Below the pieces are notes generated by a model. The model had not been told where the DNA came from, made no database searches, and was given only the letters and a program-made list of their open reading frames with translations. 64,000 bases of DNA from Escherichia coli (GTDB lineage Bacteria > Pseudomonadota > Gammaproteobacteria > Enterobacterales > Enterobacteriaceae), in NCBI RefSeq assembly GCF_003334765.1, contig NZ_QOWT01000001.1; one strand, 5' to 3'. How positions within the stretch are numbered: position 1 is the stretch's first letter; every line of letters starts with the position of its first letter. Both the position numbers and the translations under genes were made by a program. This document shows, one piece after another, positions 40,629-52,944 of the stretch.

Positions 40629-43600
40629 CTATATCCGCCGCTGACGACGGCGAACAGGGCGAGGTCGTTTTGTTTTCTCCACCGTGGCGACGCCGGCCAG
40701 ATAATCGGCCAGGGCAGCAGGAGAAGGGTGGGTGAAGAGGTCAAGCAACGTCAGGGTGGAAAATTCGTGACGTTGTAACAAAACGTGCAGTTGCACCAGA
40801 TTCAGCGACGTTGCGCCCGCCTCAAAGAAGTTTTCTGCGGGCGTGACAGACTCGCCAACCACCTCGCGGAAGGCGTCGCAAATCAGGCTGACGGTGCTCT
40901 CGTCCGCCGCAATGTGTGGCTGAGAGTGCTCAGGGCATACGCGCGGTGAGCGCTCTGCGCATTGCCCTGCGTGTTTAACGGGAGGCACCAGCGCGGCGAG
41001 CGGCAGTTGCCAGCCGCTTTCATCCTCGGCCATTCGGTTTAGCAATGCGCAATACTGTTCAAACTGGCGCTCCACCTGCCCGGCAGGAAACAGCGCGGCG
41101 ACAAAATCCCAGTTAAAGCGCAGTTCGCCTTCGGATTCATAAATCTGGTGATCGAGCCAGACCTGCGGCGTCTGGGAGATGCCCCAGACCGGTTTGAGCA
41201 GATTACGCCGGGCGAGGAAGTTATCCTGCTCAAAGCCCAGTGCGCTGGTAAAGACGACGGGCATCGGAACGGCAGGCACGTTTTGCCGTTGCGCCAGTTG
41301 ACGCATCACGCGGATGGCTGACACATCGCGGTGGTTGAGGTTCTGGCTCAGCCGCTGCTGTAGTGACTGCGCGCTGTGCAGCCAGCTTTCGCCGGGATGC
41401 CAGCTCAGCAGCATCAGCGAGGTGAAATCGCCCAGAATCTGGTTGATTTGCGGGTGCAGCGGTCGCCTGTCGAAAAGCGTAAGGTTAAGCGTGAACTCAG
41501 GCTGTGCACTCCATGCAGAGAGAACCGTTGACCACACCGACAACAGTACGGCCGACGGGGTGAGATGGGCGTCAGCCGCCCGTTTTTTCAGCCGATGCCA
41601 GCGCGTGCTGTCCAGTGCGCCGTTCAGGCGGGCGAAGCGCGGTGTTTCAACCTCCTGAGGCAAGCAGCGCAGCGGCAACGCAGGCGCCGGAGGAATATCA
41701 TCAAGCTGCGCCTGCCACCATGCCAGAGAATCTGGATTGGGCGACTGTAGCGAGGGTTGTTGCAGATAATCCCTGAAGGTGACGGGCAGCGGCGGAAGCA
41801 GCTGTTGCGGGTAGCGGTAGCCGTGCTCCAGCTCCGCCAGCAGGATCTGCATGCTCAGACCGTCAAGCAACAGGTTATCCAGACACAGCCACAGGCGGGC
41901 AGGCATCCCGTCCACGTATCCGACCTGGAGATCGAATACCGGCCACACTTCGGGGTTGAGTACCTGATGCGCCAGTTTTTCGCGCACCCGCAACGCCTCT
42001 TCAGGCGTATGGAGGGTGTGTGCGGGTATCACCCAAGGGGGCGTCTGTTCGAGCACCTGTTGCTGTCCATCACGCACGATGGCGCGCAGCATATCGTGGC
42101 GGGCGATTAATCGGTTCCAGACCGTCTCCAGCCGGGTGAGGTCCAGATCGGCAATTTCAAATTCAACAAAGAAATGTGAGCCGACGCCGCCCAGGGCAAA
42201 GCCCGGCTGACGCCCCACCAGGTAAGCCTGCTGCACGTCGGTAAGCGCAAAGGGCTGGTAGCGATCTTCAGGGGAGTGGACGAATGGTTGTTCGACCGGG
42301 ACGTCGGTTTTCCGCAGCGTGGCGGCAAAATCCGCCAGCCGGGGATGATTAAACAGGTCGCTTAATTGCGCTTCATAACCTGCCTGATGAAGTTGCCCGG
42401 TCAGACGGGTCGCCAGCAGGCTATCGCCGCCTTGCTGGAAGAAGTCGGTTTCTCTGGTGACATTGCCAGTTGATAAGAGTTGCTGCCAGAGGGCGGCAAC
42501 CTGTTTTTCAATGTCGCCCTGGGGTAAATCCGCTTCGGCCGGGTTTTCCGCTTCAGGGGTATGACGACGCTTCAGCGCCTGGTAGTCAATTTTCCCGTTA
42601 GCCGTCAGCGGTAAGGCGTCGAGGAATACGATCCGTTGCGGCACCATCCACCCCGGCAGACTCCCGGCGAGGGCGGCCTGAAGTTGACGGGGATCGCGGC
42701 GCACCTGCCTGTCAGGACATTGTACGAGGAAGCGTTGTAACCCCGCGACCTCATCGCCATGCTGACAGTTGAAGCCGGCCGCGCTAAATAATGCCGCCCA
42801 GTCGGCGCTGTTATGCAGCAAGGCCTCCGGCTGCCCATTGGTTAACAGGAGCGTGCTGAGTAGGGCGGACGGCGTTAACTGGCGAAACTCCATCACGTAG
42901 AGCAGCGCGCCGGGAACGGCAAGCTGTTGTAATGTCGCAAGGAGCCCGGGATCTTCCGGCAGCAGACGATGCAGGGCGTTATTAAGCCAGATAATGTCCG
43001 CCGAGTGAGCGTGCGTCGCCAGCGTGTCTGCATTCCAGAGGGACAGACGGGCGCCAGGCCAGGGGGCGAGCCTCTGCCGGGCGCTCAGCAGCATCTCCTG
43101 GCTCTGCTCAAGCCCGACATACTCAATCTGTCCGGCGTTGAGCTGTGCTAACAGCGATTCTGCGGCGCGGCCAGTGCGGGTTCCCACCTCAAGCAGGCGT
43201 ACCGGGCGCTGTAAGCGCTGTGCAAGCTGTTGGCAAATTGTCGCCAGTTCCTGAATATACGGGGCGCTGGCCGGATGGTTAAAGGCCAGGCTTTCCGGCG
43301 ACCACTGCGCGTCGTTCAGTAACGACAGTTCGTTACGGGCACCGCGAAGAATTTGCGATAACGTTAAATCATGTCCGCTGAAGTGCGGGTGCTCATCCTC
43401 GCGTTCTTCACCAGCGCAGACCTGATAACCTTCAGCAGCGGGCTTCAGTCGCCGTTGTGTCACCAGAAATGCTAACCAGCGTTCCACCACGGCCTGCCAG
43501 CGCGGCTGGATAGCGAGTGAGTTCATCAGGGGGAGAGGATCGGCGCCAGCGGTGTGACCCGGCTTCAGTTTTAGCAGGCGATGCTGAAGGAAATCGGCTA

Positions 43601-46600
43601 CCTGTTCTGCGGAGATCTCTGGCGAGATGGCGCAACAGGGCAACGTTCCCGCAAGCGTGTGCCACGCCTGCGGCAGTGCCGGGTTCCGATGATCGGTAAC
43701 GCAAAAAGCCTCGCCCTGAGGAACAACGTATGCCGCCAGCGTTTTTTCTTTTTCGCCGATCGCCAGAACGGTTGCTTGTTTCACCCCCGCCAGCTGGCTG
43801 AGCGCGCTTTCGATTTCGCCCAGCTCGATGCGATATCCTCCGACTTTGACCTGCTTGTCACGACGACCGAGGAACTCGATTGTGCCATCTGGCCAGTAGC
43901 AGCCGAGATCGCCGGTGCGATACCAGCGCTCGTCCGGGAGCGTCAAAAATTGCTGCTCGCTACGCAGGGGATCGTTGAAATAGCCTTCCGCGACCCCAAT
44001 GCCGCCAATCCATAATTCACCCGGCACCCAGTCAGGGCAGTCCCGGCCCTGTTCATCCACCACCCGGTAGCGTTGGTTGGTTAGCGGAAAACCGTAAGGG
44101 ATGGAGCGCCAGTGGGCGGGGACGTCGTGAATTTCGCAGGCGTTAGACCAGATAGACGCCTCGGTGGCACCGCCCATCGCGATAAATTGTCCTTGTGGCC
44201 GGAAGGCCCGATAACGGGCGGGGAGGTCAAGCCCGATCCAGTCGCCGGAAAGCATCACTGCGCGCAGGTTTTCCGGCGTGGCGTCGGCGAAACCTTCACA
44301 CCAGGTCAGCAGCATATCGAACAGCGCCGGGACGCTGTTCCAGAGCGTGACCTGATGGCGCTGGATCAGCTCACACCATGCGTGAGGATCGCGCCGTTGA
44401 TTTTCCATCACCATCACCAGCGCGCCGCCCGCGCGCAGTACGCCAAAAATGTCGTAAACCGATAAATCAAAATGTAGGGCGGAGAGGGCCAGCACCCTGT
44501 CATGCGGGCCAACCTGATAGCGGGTATTGATATCGCAACAGGTGTTAAGCGCTCCCCGGTGAGAAATGACTACCCCTTTCGGCGTACCGGTAGAGCCGGA
44601 GGTGTAGATAATGTAGGCCGGTTGCGTGGGGGCGCGTACTACCGGGTTGGCGATCGGCTCCGCCTCAATGGCCTGCTGCCAGGCAAGGACGGGAATATCG
44701 TCTGACCCGGCGCTGGCGTCGTGCTGACAAATGAGCACCAGCCGGACGCTGGCGTCAGCGTAGATTTTCTCGCGCCGTGCGGCAGGCTGATCCAGCGAAA
44801 CCGGAACGTAAACCGCCCCGGCCAGCAGGACGGCCAGAACCGCAACAAGTTGTCCTGCGCCTTTCGACATCGTGATAGCCACATTATCGCCGGGCTGAAC
44901 CCCGCACTCGATTAACCTGCCCGCGCAACGGCGGGCATAGTCTGTCAGCTCATGATAATTCCACTGATAACGCATGTCCGTTACCGCCAGCGCCTGCGGC
45001 TGTTGCAGAGCGATACGGAAAATGCCTTCATGCAGCAAGCCTTCGGGAATGGGGGCGCCGGTGGCGTTGACCCGTTCGCGTATCGCGCGCTGGCTGGCGG
45101 GCATCATATCTGCGAACGGCTTTTGCCAGGCGCTTTCGTCATCGCAGAGTTGGTTAATCAACTGGCAGTAGGCGTCGAACAATGTTTCGACTAACGCCGG
45201 AGGGAACAGCGCGTCGTTGCTGTCCCATTGTAGCCAGACCTCGCCGTGATGCTCGAACGCCAGATGATCTATCCAGACCTGCGGCGTTTGCGAGATGCCC
45301 CATTCCGGCTCGCCCAACGGCGATTCTGCGCGGCTGCTGTAGAGGGAACGCCCCAGATTGCTGGTAAATACCACCGGGGCGCCGTGGGGGTAGCGCTGCT
45401 GGCGTTTGAGTTCACGGAGTAATTCGACGCCGGACCAGTGGCGATGCTCCCAGTCCTCCGTAAACGTGAGCTGGTTTTTACGCGCCAGGTTGCTGACGGT
45501 ATCGCCATCGCAGGCGGTATCCAGCAGAAGAATATTGGTGAAGTCGGCAAGCATCGCGCCAACCGCCGGGTGCAGCGGCTGGCGGTCGAATAAGGTGATG
45601 TTAAGCAGCAGACGCGTCAGGCCGCCCCAGCGAGCCAGCACGGCAGAAAAACAGGTCGCCAGTGCCATTGTCGGCGTCACGCCATACTCGCCGGCCCGGT
45701 TGCTAAAGGCGTGCCAGCGTGTTGCCGGGACAATCATGCGGCGTCGGGTATTACGGACTTCACATAGCGTGGCGGGTTCGCAGGCCAGCGGCAAGACGGG
45801 CGCGGGGGGAAGCGTCGATGCTTTCGCCAGCCAGTAAGCGAGCGCGTCGTCTCTCAGTGGTTGATTAATCTTCTGCTGGTGCAGCAAATACGAGCGGAAA
45901 TCATAGCGGGTGTCGATAGCCGGCAGCGATTCTCCGGCCAGCAGGGCGTTAAGCTCATCGAAGAAAAGCGTAAAGCTGGAGGCATCCATAATCAGCAGGT
46001 CAATATTGACATGGAGGCGGTGGCGATTGTCCGGCAAGAGCGTCAGCTGAAAATCAAACGTTTCGCCGATTTCCACGCGTAAAAGACGGTGGCTCAGGCG
46101 CTGGCGCAGTGCGTCCAGATAGGCCTGGCGGCTTTCAGCGTCGTTATGGCGTAAATCATGAACGGTGACGCCGTTCCAGTAAGGTTGCGGTAGCCAGACC
46201 TGCTGCCCGTCGGGGCGAAAGGCGATATGCAGCATTGGGTGGCGTTGCAGCAAGGTCGTGATGGCCTGCTCCAGCTGCGACGCCGTCAGACAATGGCCTT
46301 CAAACTCCTGATACAGGTGGCAACCCACGCCGCCAAGCGTCTGCCCCGGCATGCGGCCCGTCAGGTAGGCGTGCTGTACTGGCGTCAATGGGAAGGGGGT
46401 ACTTTCGGTCATGTTCGGCCAGGATGATTCGTCGGGCGGCGTTTCTTCTTCCGCGTTCTCCGGCGACCGGCTGAGCATTAACTGGTTCCATGCCGCCAGC
46501 GTGGGGGCGGCATACAGCTCGCGAAGGGTAAGGCGGTAGCCATTTTTACGAAACCAGTGTAACCATCTCATCAATCTTATGGAATCCAGGCCGGCCTGGA

Positions 46601-46736
46601 TCAGGTTGCTCTCTTCATGTAACTGCTGCGGCGTTAAATTCAGTTCCTGTATGAGCCGCTCGCGTAATTGTTGGTAATCAGCCGCGTGGCGGTTGTCCGG
46701 TAACAGCGAATCCTGAGATGGTGCGCCAGAAATCAT
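40629..46736 (-). CDS. irp2: HMWP2 NRPS (carrier, cyclisation and adenylation domains)
   Basis: Start at MISGAPSQ... preceded by GGAGGAAGA; adenylation motifs SGSTGTPKG and YRTGD; carrier motifs GLDSI and GGDSL. Confidence 0.95.
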   Translation of the reverse strand: MISGAPSQDSLLPDNRHAADYQQLRERLIQELNLTPQQLHEESNLIQAGLDSIRLMRWLHWFRKNGYRLTLRELYAAPTLAAWNQLMLSRSPENAEEETPPDESSWPNMTESTPFPLTPVQHAYLTGRMPGQTLGGVGCHLYQEFEGHCLTASQLEQAITTLLQRHPMLHIAFRPDGQQVWLPQPYWNGVTVHDLRHNDAESRQAYLDALRQRLSHRLLRVEIGETFDFQLTLLPDNRHRLHVNIDLLIMDASSFTLFFDELNALLAGESLPAIDTRYDFRSYLLHQQKINQPLRDDALAYWLAKASTLPPAPVLPLACEPATLCEVRNTRRRMIVPATRWHAFSNRAGEYGVTPTMALATCFSAVLARWGGLTRLLLNITLFDRQPLHPAVGAMLADFTNILLLDTACDGDTVSNLARKNQLTFTEDWEHRHWSGVELLRELKRQQRYPHGAPVVFTSNLGRSLYSSRAESPLGEPEWGISQTPQVWIDHLAFEHHGEVWLQWDSNDALFPPALVETLFDAYCQLINQLCDDESAWQKPFADMMPASQRAIRERVNATGAPIPEGLLHEGIFRIALQQPQALAVTDMRYQWNYHELTDYARRCAGRLIECGVQPGDNVAITMSKGAGQLVAVLAVLLAGAVYVPVSLDQPAARREKIYADASVRLVLICQHDASAGSDDIPVLAWQQAIEAEPIANPVVRAPTQPAYIIYTSGSTGTPKGVVISHRGALNTCCDINTRYQVGPHDRVLALSALHFDLSVYDIFGVLRAGGALVMVMENQRRDPHAWCELIQRHQVTLWNSVPALFDMLLTWCEGFADATPENLRAVMLSGDWIGLDLPARYRAFRPQGQFIAMGGATEASIWSNACEIHDVPAHWRSIPYGFPLTNQRYRVVDEQGRDCPDWVPGELWIGGIGVAEGYFNDPLRSEQQFLTLPDERWYRTGDLGCYWPDGTIEFLGRRDKQVKVGGYRIELGEIESALSQLAGVKQATVLAIGEKEKTLAAYVVPQGEAFCVTDHRNPALPQAWHTLAGTLPCCAISPEISAEQVADFLQHRLLKLKPGHTAGADPLPLMNSLAIQPRWQAVVERWLAFLVTQRRLKPAAEGYQVCAGEEREDEHPHFSGHDLTLSQILRGARNELSLLNDAQWSPESLAFNHPASAPYIQELATICQQLAQRLQRPVRLLEVGTRTGRAAESLLAQLNAGQIEYVGLEQSQEMLLSARQRLAPWPGARLSLWNADTLATHAHSADIIWLNNALHRLLPEDPGLLATLQQLAVPGALLYVMEFRQLTPSALLSTLLLTNGQPEALLHNSADWAALFSAAGFNCQHGDEVAGLQRFLVQCPDRQVRRDPRQLQAALAGSLPGWMVPQRIVFLDALPLTANGKIDYQALKRRHTPEAENPAEADLPQGDIEKQVAALWQQLLSTGNVTRETDFFQQGGDSLLATRLTGQLHQAGYEAQLSDLFNHPRLADFAATLRKTDVPVEQPFVHSPEDRYQPFALTDVQQAYLVGRQPGFALGGVGSHFFVEFEIADLDLTRLETVWNRLIARHDMLRAIVRDGQQQVLEQTPPWVIPAHTLHTPEEALRVREKLAHQVLNPEVWPVFDLQVGYVDGMPARLWLCLDNLLLDGLSMQILLAELEHGYRYPQQLLPPLPVTFRDYLQQPSLQSPNPDSLAWWQAQLDDIPPAPALPLRCLPQEVETPRFARLNGALDSTRWHRLKKRAADAHLTPSAVLLSVWSTVLSAWSAQPEFTLNLTLFDRRPLHPQINQILGDFTSLMLLSWHPGESWLHSAQSLQQRLSQNLNHRDVSAIRVMRQLAQRQNVPAVPMPVVFTSALGFEQDNFLARRNLLKPVWGISQTPQVWLDHQIYESEGELRFNWDFVAALFPAGQVERQFEQYCALLNRMAEDESGWQLPLAALVPPVKHAGQCAERSPRVCPEHSQPHIAADESTVSLICDAFREVVGESVTPAENFFEAGATSLNLVQLHVLLQRHEFSTLTLLDLFTHPSPAALADYLAGVATVEKTKRPRPVRRRQRRI

Positions 46737-46775
46737 TCTTCCTCCTGATGGCACGTCTTACCGAAAAGCATTACT

Positions 46776-46846
46776 CATATGAGAATAATAATTATTAACA
46801 ATTGGATGCTACCCGAAACGGGTTTATTTATGCCCGTTTCGGGTTG
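46776..46846 (-). promoter_or_regulatory. irp2 promoter region: Fur-box-like sequence plus YbtA-type inverted repeat
   Basis: GAGAATAATAATTATTAAC and ACCCGAAACGGGTTTATTTATGCCCGTTTCGGGT. Confidence 0.5.
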
Positions 46847-46863
46847 GTAACAGGCGGAAAGAA

Positions 46864-46894
46864 CAGAGGCCCGGATGGGGTATCCGGGCCTCTG
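46864..46894 (-). terminator. Putative terminator after ybtA
   Basis: CAGAGGCCCGGAT / ATCCGGGCCTCTG hairpin downstream of the ybtA stop; weak U-tract. Confidence 0.35.
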
Positions 46895-46926
46895 TCAGGG
46901 AGGAGTTTAGGGGGGCGCGACCCCGG

Positions 46927-47886
46927 TTACATCCCGCGTTTAAAGGTCGAAGGAGTTACGCCAAACTGTTTCTGGAAGGCGGCAGAGAAATGGCTGGCGT
47001 TGGCATAGCCCAGATCGGCCGCCACCGTCATGACGGAGGTATTGCCGTTGGCCAGGCGTCTTCTGGCTTCCTGCATTCGTTCAGCCTGAAACAGGCCATA
47101 GACGCTGTTGTTGAACAGAACGCGGAAGCCTCGCTTAATTTTGAGAACGCTCAGACCGGACTCTCTGGCCAGCTCCGCGACGCCCGGCGCTTGCGTCAGA
47201 TCAGCCAGCAGCAGATCCTTCGCCCGCAGCAGTTTCTGGCGTTCCATCGGGTTGAAGTGGCAGGAGAGGCAACTGGCGTCTTCGCGATGTTCATCCAGCA
47301 CCAGGCTGAGCATGACCAGACTTTGCCCCTGCAACCATAGCGTCGACGGCTTTTGTTCATGACTGAAGCCGCCGTGCATGCGCATCAGCGCGTGACGCAA
47401 GGCCTGAGCCGTTAAGTGGGTTTCAGCATTACAACGCTGCTGCTGGCAACAGCAGTGGGAGTCGATCTTATTCTTAATGACCGCGCTAATATCCGGCACC
47501 CACAGCGCGAGGGTTTCAGGGCTGAAGGAGAGGGTAATGCTCTCGAATCGGCCACAATAGGAGGCGCTGCCGCGACAGTCTGGCGTATGGGTAATGTAAT
47601 GGCGATTGCGCGCAAGCTCCCAGTCGGTGTGGCGCCGGAGTCCCTGAATCGCAAAGCGCGATGTGCCTTCCAGGATGCACGAGAAGTTAATCCTGCCCAG
47701 ATCGTCGTGTAGCTGCAACGTCTCTGGCCGCGCAAAATGGCCCCTCCAGAGCAAAATATCCATACCTTCCTGCAACGAACAGCGCAGCAGTTCACACTGA
47801 GCAGGAATATTGCCATCGTTTGCAGGTTTCCCGACCACCAACTGGTGAATAGAGATTTCAGATTGCGTTTGCGGTGACTCCGTCAT
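46927..47886 (-). CDS. ybtA: AraC-family activator of the yersiniabactin regulon
   Basis: 319 aa; C-terminal AraC HTH. Confidence 0.92.
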   Translation of the reverse strand: MTESPQTQSEISIHQLVVGKPANDGNIPAQCELLRCSLQEGMDILLWRGHFARPETLQLHDDLGRINFSCILEGTSRFAIQGLRRHTDWELARNRHYITHTPDCRGSASYCGRFESITLSFSPETLALWVPDISAVIKNKIDSHCCCQQQRCNAETHLTAQALRHALMRMHGGFSHEQKPSTLWLQGQSLVMLSLVLDEHREDASCLSCHFNPMERQKLLRAKDLLLADLTQAPGVAELARESGLSVLKIKRGFRVLFNNSVYGLFQAERMQEARRRLANGNTSVMTVAADLGYANASHFSAAFQKQFGVTPSTFKRGM

Positions 47887-47949
47887 GACCTGGTTATCTC
47901 CCTGTGGCTTAGACCAATGCGGGTATAAATAGAACCGAATGGGGTAGAT

Positions 47950-47975
47950 GAGTTATTGATAATGGTTATTATTCA
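47950..47975. promoter_or_regulatory. Fur-box-like sequence in the ybtA/ybtP divergent promoter region
   Basis: TTATTGATAATGGTTATTATTC between the two divergent starts. Confidence 0.4.
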
Positions 47976-48052
47976 CATTAATTCTCAGAACGCCACCCTG
48001 AATTGTCGTTTTTGGCGTCCGTAAAAATTCATCAGGAAATTCAGTTACTCCC

Positions 48053-49855
48053 ATGTCATCTCAATCATCCAATACTGAATCGCTGTCCCGATTTCCTCTC
48101 TGGCAGGTGATTACACCGGTTCGCAGGAAGGTTATTTTAGCTATGGCGCTGGCGGGGCTGGCGGCATTAACCAGCCTGGGGGCGCTCCTTTTTCTGGCGT
48201 GGAGCCTGCGTGACATTCGCGCGACGCCTGACGCTATTCCGGCCTGGCCGCTGGGCGGCGTGATCGGCTGCGTGGTCTTAACTTTTGTTCTGCGCTTACA
48301 GGCGTTCAACACCTCTCATTACGCGGCTTTTCATCTGGAGAACATTCTGCGCAGCAGGTTAGCCCGTAAAGCATTGCAGCTTCCGCCTGGCGTGTTACAG
48401 CAAATGGGCAGCGGGTCAGTGGCGAAAGTGATGCTGGATGACGTGAAGTCGTTACATATTTTTGTGGCCGACAGCACGCCGCTCTATGCCCGCGCGATCA
48501 TCATGCCGCTGGCGACAATCGTTATCTTGTTCTGGCTGGACTGGCGGCTGGCAATCGCGACGCTGGGGGTACTGGCGTTTGGATCGGTTGTTCTCGTGCT
48601 CGCCCGCCAGCGTTCGGAAAATATGGCTCAGCGTTATCATAAGGCGCGCGAGCAGGTTAGCGCGGCGGTTATTGAGTTCGTGCAGGCCATGCCCGTGGTG
48701 AGAACGTTTGATAGCGGCAGCACCAGTTTTTTGCGCTATCAACGCGCCCTTGAAGAGTGGGTCGATGTGCTCAAAACCTGGTATCGCAAAGCCGGTTTTT
48801 CAGCGCGTTTTTCCTTCTCGATTCTGAATCCTCTCCCGACCCTGTTTGTCCTGATCTGGTCGGGATACGGCCTGTTGCACTATGGCAGTTTCGATTTTAT
48901 CGCGTGGGTGGCCGTTTTACTGCTGGGCAGCGGAATGGCCGAAGCCGTAATGCCAATGATGATGCTCAATAACCTGGTCGCGCAAACGCGTTTAAGCATT
49001 CAGCGTATTTATCAGGTTCTCGCGATGCCGGAGTTATCGCTGCCGCAGTCTGACCAGCAGCCGCAAGAGGCGAGCATTACCTTTGAGCAGGTGAGCTTTC
49101 ATTATCCGCAAGCGCGTACTGGCGCCGCGTTGCAGGAGGTGAGCTTTCATGTGCCTGCCGGGCAAATTGTGGCGCTGGTCGGGCCAAGCGGCGCCGGAAA
49201 AAGCACCGTGGCGCGCTTGCTGCTGCGTTACGCCGACCCGGACAAAGGCCATATCCGTATTGGCGGCGTGGATCTGCGTGATATGCAGACGGACACCCTG
49301 ATGAAGCAACTCTCGTTTGTGTTTCAGGACAACTTCCTTTTTGCCGACACGATAGCCAATAACATTCGTCTGGGCGCGCCGGATACGCCGCTGGAGGCGG
49401 TTATAGCGGCGGCCAGAGTGGCGCAGGCCCATGATTTTATTAGCGCTCTGCCAGAAGGTTACAACACTCGAGTCGGGGAACGTGGGGTATTTCTCTCCGG
49501 CGGCCAGCGGCAGCGCATTACTATCGCCCGGGCGCTTTTGCAGGATCGCCCCATCCTGGTGCTCGATGAGGCGACGGCGTTTGCTGACCCGGAAAACGAA
49601 GCGGCGCTTATCAAGGCGCTCGCGGCGGCCATGCGTGGCCGGACGGTCATCATGGTCGCGCATCGTCTCTCAATGGTGACTCAGGCCGATGTGATATTGC
49701 TGTTTTCCGACGGACAACTCAGGGAAATGGGGAACCATACGCAACTGTTGGCGCAGGGCGGCCTGTATCAACGGCTCTGGCAACACTATCAGCAGGCGCA
49801 GCATTGGGTGCCGGGTGGAACACAGGAAGAGGTGGTGGAAAATGAAAGACAATAA
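48053..49855 (+). CDS. ybtP: ABC transporter (fused permease-ATPase), yersiniabactin iron uptake
   Basis: 600 aa; Walker A GPSGAGKST, signature LSGGQRQR. Confidence 0.92.
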   Translation: MSSQSSNTESLSRFPLWQVITPVRRKVILAMALAGLAALTSLGALLFLAWSLRDIRATPDAIPAWPLGGVIGCVVLTFVLRLQAFNTSHYAAFHLENILRSRLARKALQLPPGVLQQMGSGSVAKVMLDDVKSLHIFVADSTPLYARAIIMPLATIVILFWLDWRLAIATLGVLAFGSVVLVLARQRSENMAQRYHKAREQVSAAVIEFVQAMPVVRTFDSGSTSFLRYQRALEEWVDVLKTWYRKAGFSARFSFSILNPLPTLFVLIWSGYGLLHYGSFDFIAWVAVLLLGSGMAEAVMPMMMLNNLVAQTRLSIQRIYQVLAMPELSLPQSDQQPQEASITFEQVSFHYPQARTGAALQEVSFHVPAGQIVALVGPSGAGKSTVARLLLRYADPDKGHIRIGGVDLRDMQTDTLMKQLSFVFQDNFLFADTIANNIRLGAPDTPLEAVIAAARVAQAHDFISALPEGYNTRVGERGVFLSGGQRQRITIARALLQDRPILVLDEATAFADPENEAALIKALAAAMRGRTVIMVAHRLSMVTQADVILLFSDGQLREMGNHTQLLAQGGLYQRLWQHYQQAQHWVPGGTQEEVVENERQ

Positions 49856-51644
49856 TCCTGCGGATAACCTGGCCTGGCGCGTCATCTGGCGCCAGCTTAT
49901 CTCCAGCGTTGGCAGTCAGGCCAGGATGCTGCGACGCAGTATGCTGGCGCTGTTGCTGGCGGCATTCATGCAGGGGATCGCCTTTGCCTGTCTTTATCCG
50001 ATCATTGATGCGCTGTTACGGGGAGACGCGCCGCAACTTCTTAACTGGGCTATGGCCTTCAGCGTCGCCGCAATTGTGACGCTGGTGCTACGCTGGTATG
50101 GCCTGGGCTTTGAATACCGTGGTCATCTGGCGCAGGCTACCCATGAGTTGCGCCTGCGACTTGGCGAGCAGTTACGCCGCGTGCCGCTGGATAAGCTCCA
50201 GCGCGGCAGGGCGGGTGAAATGAACGCCTTGCTGCTGGGCAGCGTGGATGAAAACCTCAATTATGTTATTGCGATAGCCAATATTTTGCTGCTCACCATT
50301 GTCACGCCGCTGACGGCGTCGCTGGCGACATTGTGGATAGACTGGCGGCTGGGGCTGGTGATGTTGCTGATCTTCCCTCTGCTGGTGCCGTTTTATTACT
50401 GGCGCCGCCCGGCGATGCGGCGACAAATGCAGACGCTGGGGGAAGCGCACCAGCGTCTGAGCGGCGATATCGTTGAATTTGCTCAGGGGATGATGGTATT
50501 GCGCACCTGCGGCAGCGATGCCGATAAAAGCCGGGCGCTGCTGGCGCATTTCAATGCGCTGGAAAACTTACAGACCCGCACTCACCGTCAGGGCGCTGGC
50601 GCAACGATGCTGATCGCCAGCGTCGTGGAGTTGGGCCTACAGGTGGTGGTGTTATCCGGGATCGTCTGGGTAGTGACGGGCACTCTGAACCTCGCCTTTT
50701 TGATTGCCGCCGTCGCGATGATTATGCGCTTCGCAGAACCGATGGCGATGTTTATCAGCTACACCTCGGTTGTGGAACTGATCGCCAGCGCCCTGCAACG
50801 GATTGAGCAGTTTATGGCGATAGCACCGCTTCCCGTCGCAGAGCAAAGCGAGATGCCGGAACGTTACGATATCCGCTTTGACAACGTCAGCTATCGCTAC
50901 GAAGAAGGTGACGGCCACGCGCTTAATCATGTTTCTTTGACGTTCCCGGCAGCCAGTATGAGCGCGCTGGTGGGTGCCTCCGGCGCAGGCAAAACTACGG
51001 TCACCAAACTGTTAATGCGCTATGCCGATCCGCAGCAAGGGCAGATTTCTATTGGCGGCGTCGATATTCGCCGCCTGACGCCGGAACAGCTCAATAGCCT
51101 GATTTCTGTTGTTTTCCAGGATGTCTGGCTGTTTGATGACACGCTGCTGGCGAATATCCGTATCGCGCGCCCACAGGCGACGCGGCAGGAGGTAGAAGAG
51201 GCCGCCCGCGCGGCGCAGTGCCTTGAGTTTATTTCCCGTCTTCCGCAAGGCTGGCTGACGCCAATGGGAGAGATGGGCGGCCAGCTATCGGGCGGCGAGC
51301 GCCAGCGGATTTCCATTGCCAGAGCGTTATTGAAAAACGCGCCGGTCGTCATTCTCGATGAACCGACTGCCGCGCTGGATATTGAAAGCGAGCTGGCGGT
51401 GCAAAAAGCGATCGATAACCTGGTTCACAACCGGACGGTGATTATCATCGCTCACCGTTTATCCACCATCGCCGGGGCCGGAAACATTCTGGTGATGGAA
51501 GAGGGACAGGTGGTTGAGCAGGGTACTCATGCGCAATTGCTCTCACATCATGGACGTTATCAGGCGCTGTGGCAGGCGCAAATGGCCGCGCGCGTGTGGC
51601 GCGACGACGGGGGTTCCGCGTCTGGAGAGTGGGTGCATGAGTGA
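49842..51644 (+). CDS. ybtQ: ABC transporter (fused permease-ATPase), yersiniabactin iron uptake
   Basis: 600 aa from MKDNNPADN...; Walker A GASGAGKTT, signature LSGGERQR; overlaps the ybtP end. Confidence 0.9.
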   Translation: MKDNNPADNLAWRVIWRQLISSVGSQARMLRRSMLALLLAAFMQGIAFACLYPIIDALLRGDAPQLLNWAMAFSVAAIVTLVLRWYGLGFEYRGHLAQATHELRLRLGEQLRRVPLDKLQRGRAGEMNALLLGSVDENLNYVIAIANILLLTIVTPLTASLATLWIDWRLGLVMLLIFPLLVPFYYWRRPAMRRQMQTLGEAHQRLSGDIVEFAQGMMVLRTCGSDADKSRALLAHFNALENLQTRTHRQGAGATMLIASVVELGLQVVVLSGIVWVVTGTLNLAFLIAAVAMIMRFAEPMAMFISYTSVVELIASALQRIEQFMAIAPLPVAEQSEMPERYDIRFDNVSYRYEEGDGHALNHVSLTFPAASMSALVGASGAGKTTVTKLLMRYADPQQGQISIGGVDIRRLTPEQLNSLISVVFQDVWLFDDTLLANIRIARPQATRQEVEEAARAAQCLEFISRLPQGWLTPMGEMGGQLSGGERQRISIARALLKNAPVVILDEPTAALDIESELAVQKAIDNLVHNRTVIIIAHRLSTIAGAGNILVMEEGQVVEQGTHAQLLSHHGRYQALWQAQMAARVWRDDGGSASGEWVHE

Positions 51645-52917
51645 TGTTCAGTCGAATGTGAAACCTCTGACGTTGACGACCGGGCGGGTGATTTTTGCTA
51701 TTGCCGGCGTCTATGTGACGCAGAGTCTGGTATCGGCGCTGTCTATGCAGTCCTTACCCGCGCTGGTGCGCGCTGCTGGCGGTTCGCTGGCGCTTGCCGG
51801 TGCGACAACCCTGTTTATGCTGCCCTGGGCGCTGAAGTTTATTTGGGCGCCGTGGATCGAGCGCTGGCGGCTTCCGCCCGGTAGCCAGGAACGCCGTTCC
51901 CGCATGTTAATCCTGCGTGGTCAGGTCGCGCTAGCGGCGATCCTGACTATTGCCGCAGCGATTGGCTGGTTTGGGCGAGAAGGGGGATTCCCCGATACGC
52001 AAATCGTCGCGTTATTTGTTCTGTTTATGGTGGCAGGCACGGTCGCCTCCACCATTGATATCGCCAGCGACGGCTTTTGTGTCGATCAACTGACCCGCAC
52101 GGGTTACGGCTGGGGAAACAGCGTGCAGGTCGGCGGCAGCTATCTGGGAATGATGTGCGGCGGCGGGGTGTTCCTGATGCTGTCGGCGGCATCCGGCTGG
52201 CCTGTCGCCATGCTGATGATGGCGGTGCTGATTATGGCGCTGTCACTCCCGCTGTGGCGCATTACGGAGCCGACGCGAACAGCGACTATCCCGCATGTTC
52301 CGGCGTTAGGTTATGCGCTAAGGAGGAAGCAGGCGCGCCTGGGCTTACTGCTGGTATTGATGCTGAATTCAGGCATGCGGTTTGTGCTGCCTCTTCTGGC
52401 ACCGCTGTTGTTGGATCATGGGTTGAGCATGTCCGCATTGGGCGCGCTGTTCAGCGGCGGCAATATTGCAGCGGGCATAGCAGGAACGCTGGCCGGCGGA
52501 TTGCTGATGAAATACACCTCACCCGGCAGAGCGCTGTTGACGGCTTATGGCGTCCAGGGGATCGCGCTGCTGGCGGTGGTGATGACGCTCATGATGGCGC
52601 CGGGTCATCTGCTGCTGCAGATTCTCCAGTGTCTGGTCATTGTCCAGTCCATTTCGCTGGCCTGCGCGCTGGTCTGTCTTTACGCCACGCTGATGTCGCT
52701 TTCATCGCCTTTGCAGGCCGGTGTCGACTTCACCCTCTTTCAATGTACTGACGCGGCAATCGCCATTCTGGCTGGCGTTATCGGTGGCGTTGTTGCTCAA
52801 CATTTTGGCTATGCGGCCTGCTTCCTGTTTGCCGGGGCATTCACGTTGCTGGCGGCGTGGGTTGCTTATATCCGGCTGCATTCGGCAAGAGAACTGATGA
52901 CAAGCGCAATTGATTGA
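51637..52917 (+). CDS. ybtX: MFS-type membrane protein YbtX (Irp8)
   Basis: 426 aa from MSDVQSNVKPL...; start overlaps the ybtQ stop. Confidence 0.88.
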   Translation: MSDVQSNVKPLTLTTGRVIFAIAGVYVTQSLVSALSMQSLPALVRAAGGSLALAGATTLFMLPWALKFIWAPWIERWRLPPGSQERRSRMLILRGQVALAAILTIAAAIGWFGREGGFPDTQIVALFVLFMVAGTVASTIDIASDGFCVDQLTRTGYGWGNSVQVGGSYLGMMCGGGVFLMLSAASGWPVAMLMMAVLIMALSLPLWRITEPTRTATIPHVPALGYALRRKQARLGLLLVLMLNSGMRFVLPLLAPLLLDHGLSMSALGALFSGGNIAAGIAGTLAGGLLMKYTSPGRALLTAYGVQGIALLAVVMTLMMAPGHLLLQILQCLVIVQSISLACALVCLYATLMSLSSPLQAGVDFTLFQCTDAAIAILAGVIGGVVAQHFGYAACFLFAGAFTLLAAWVAYIRLHSARELMTSAID

Positions 52918-52944
52918 TCCGGGAATAACACAGAGAGGTAAGGG

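Noticed and set aside
31101-46500. Many long plus-strand ORFs (e.g. 34212..35027, 32517..33050, 38629..39084, 40302..40778, 45406..45837) antisense to irp1/irp2
   Set aside because: They are embedded in intact, motif-verified NRPS/PKS genes in GC-rich DNA, where stop-free antisense frames are expected by chance; no RBS or recognisable domains.
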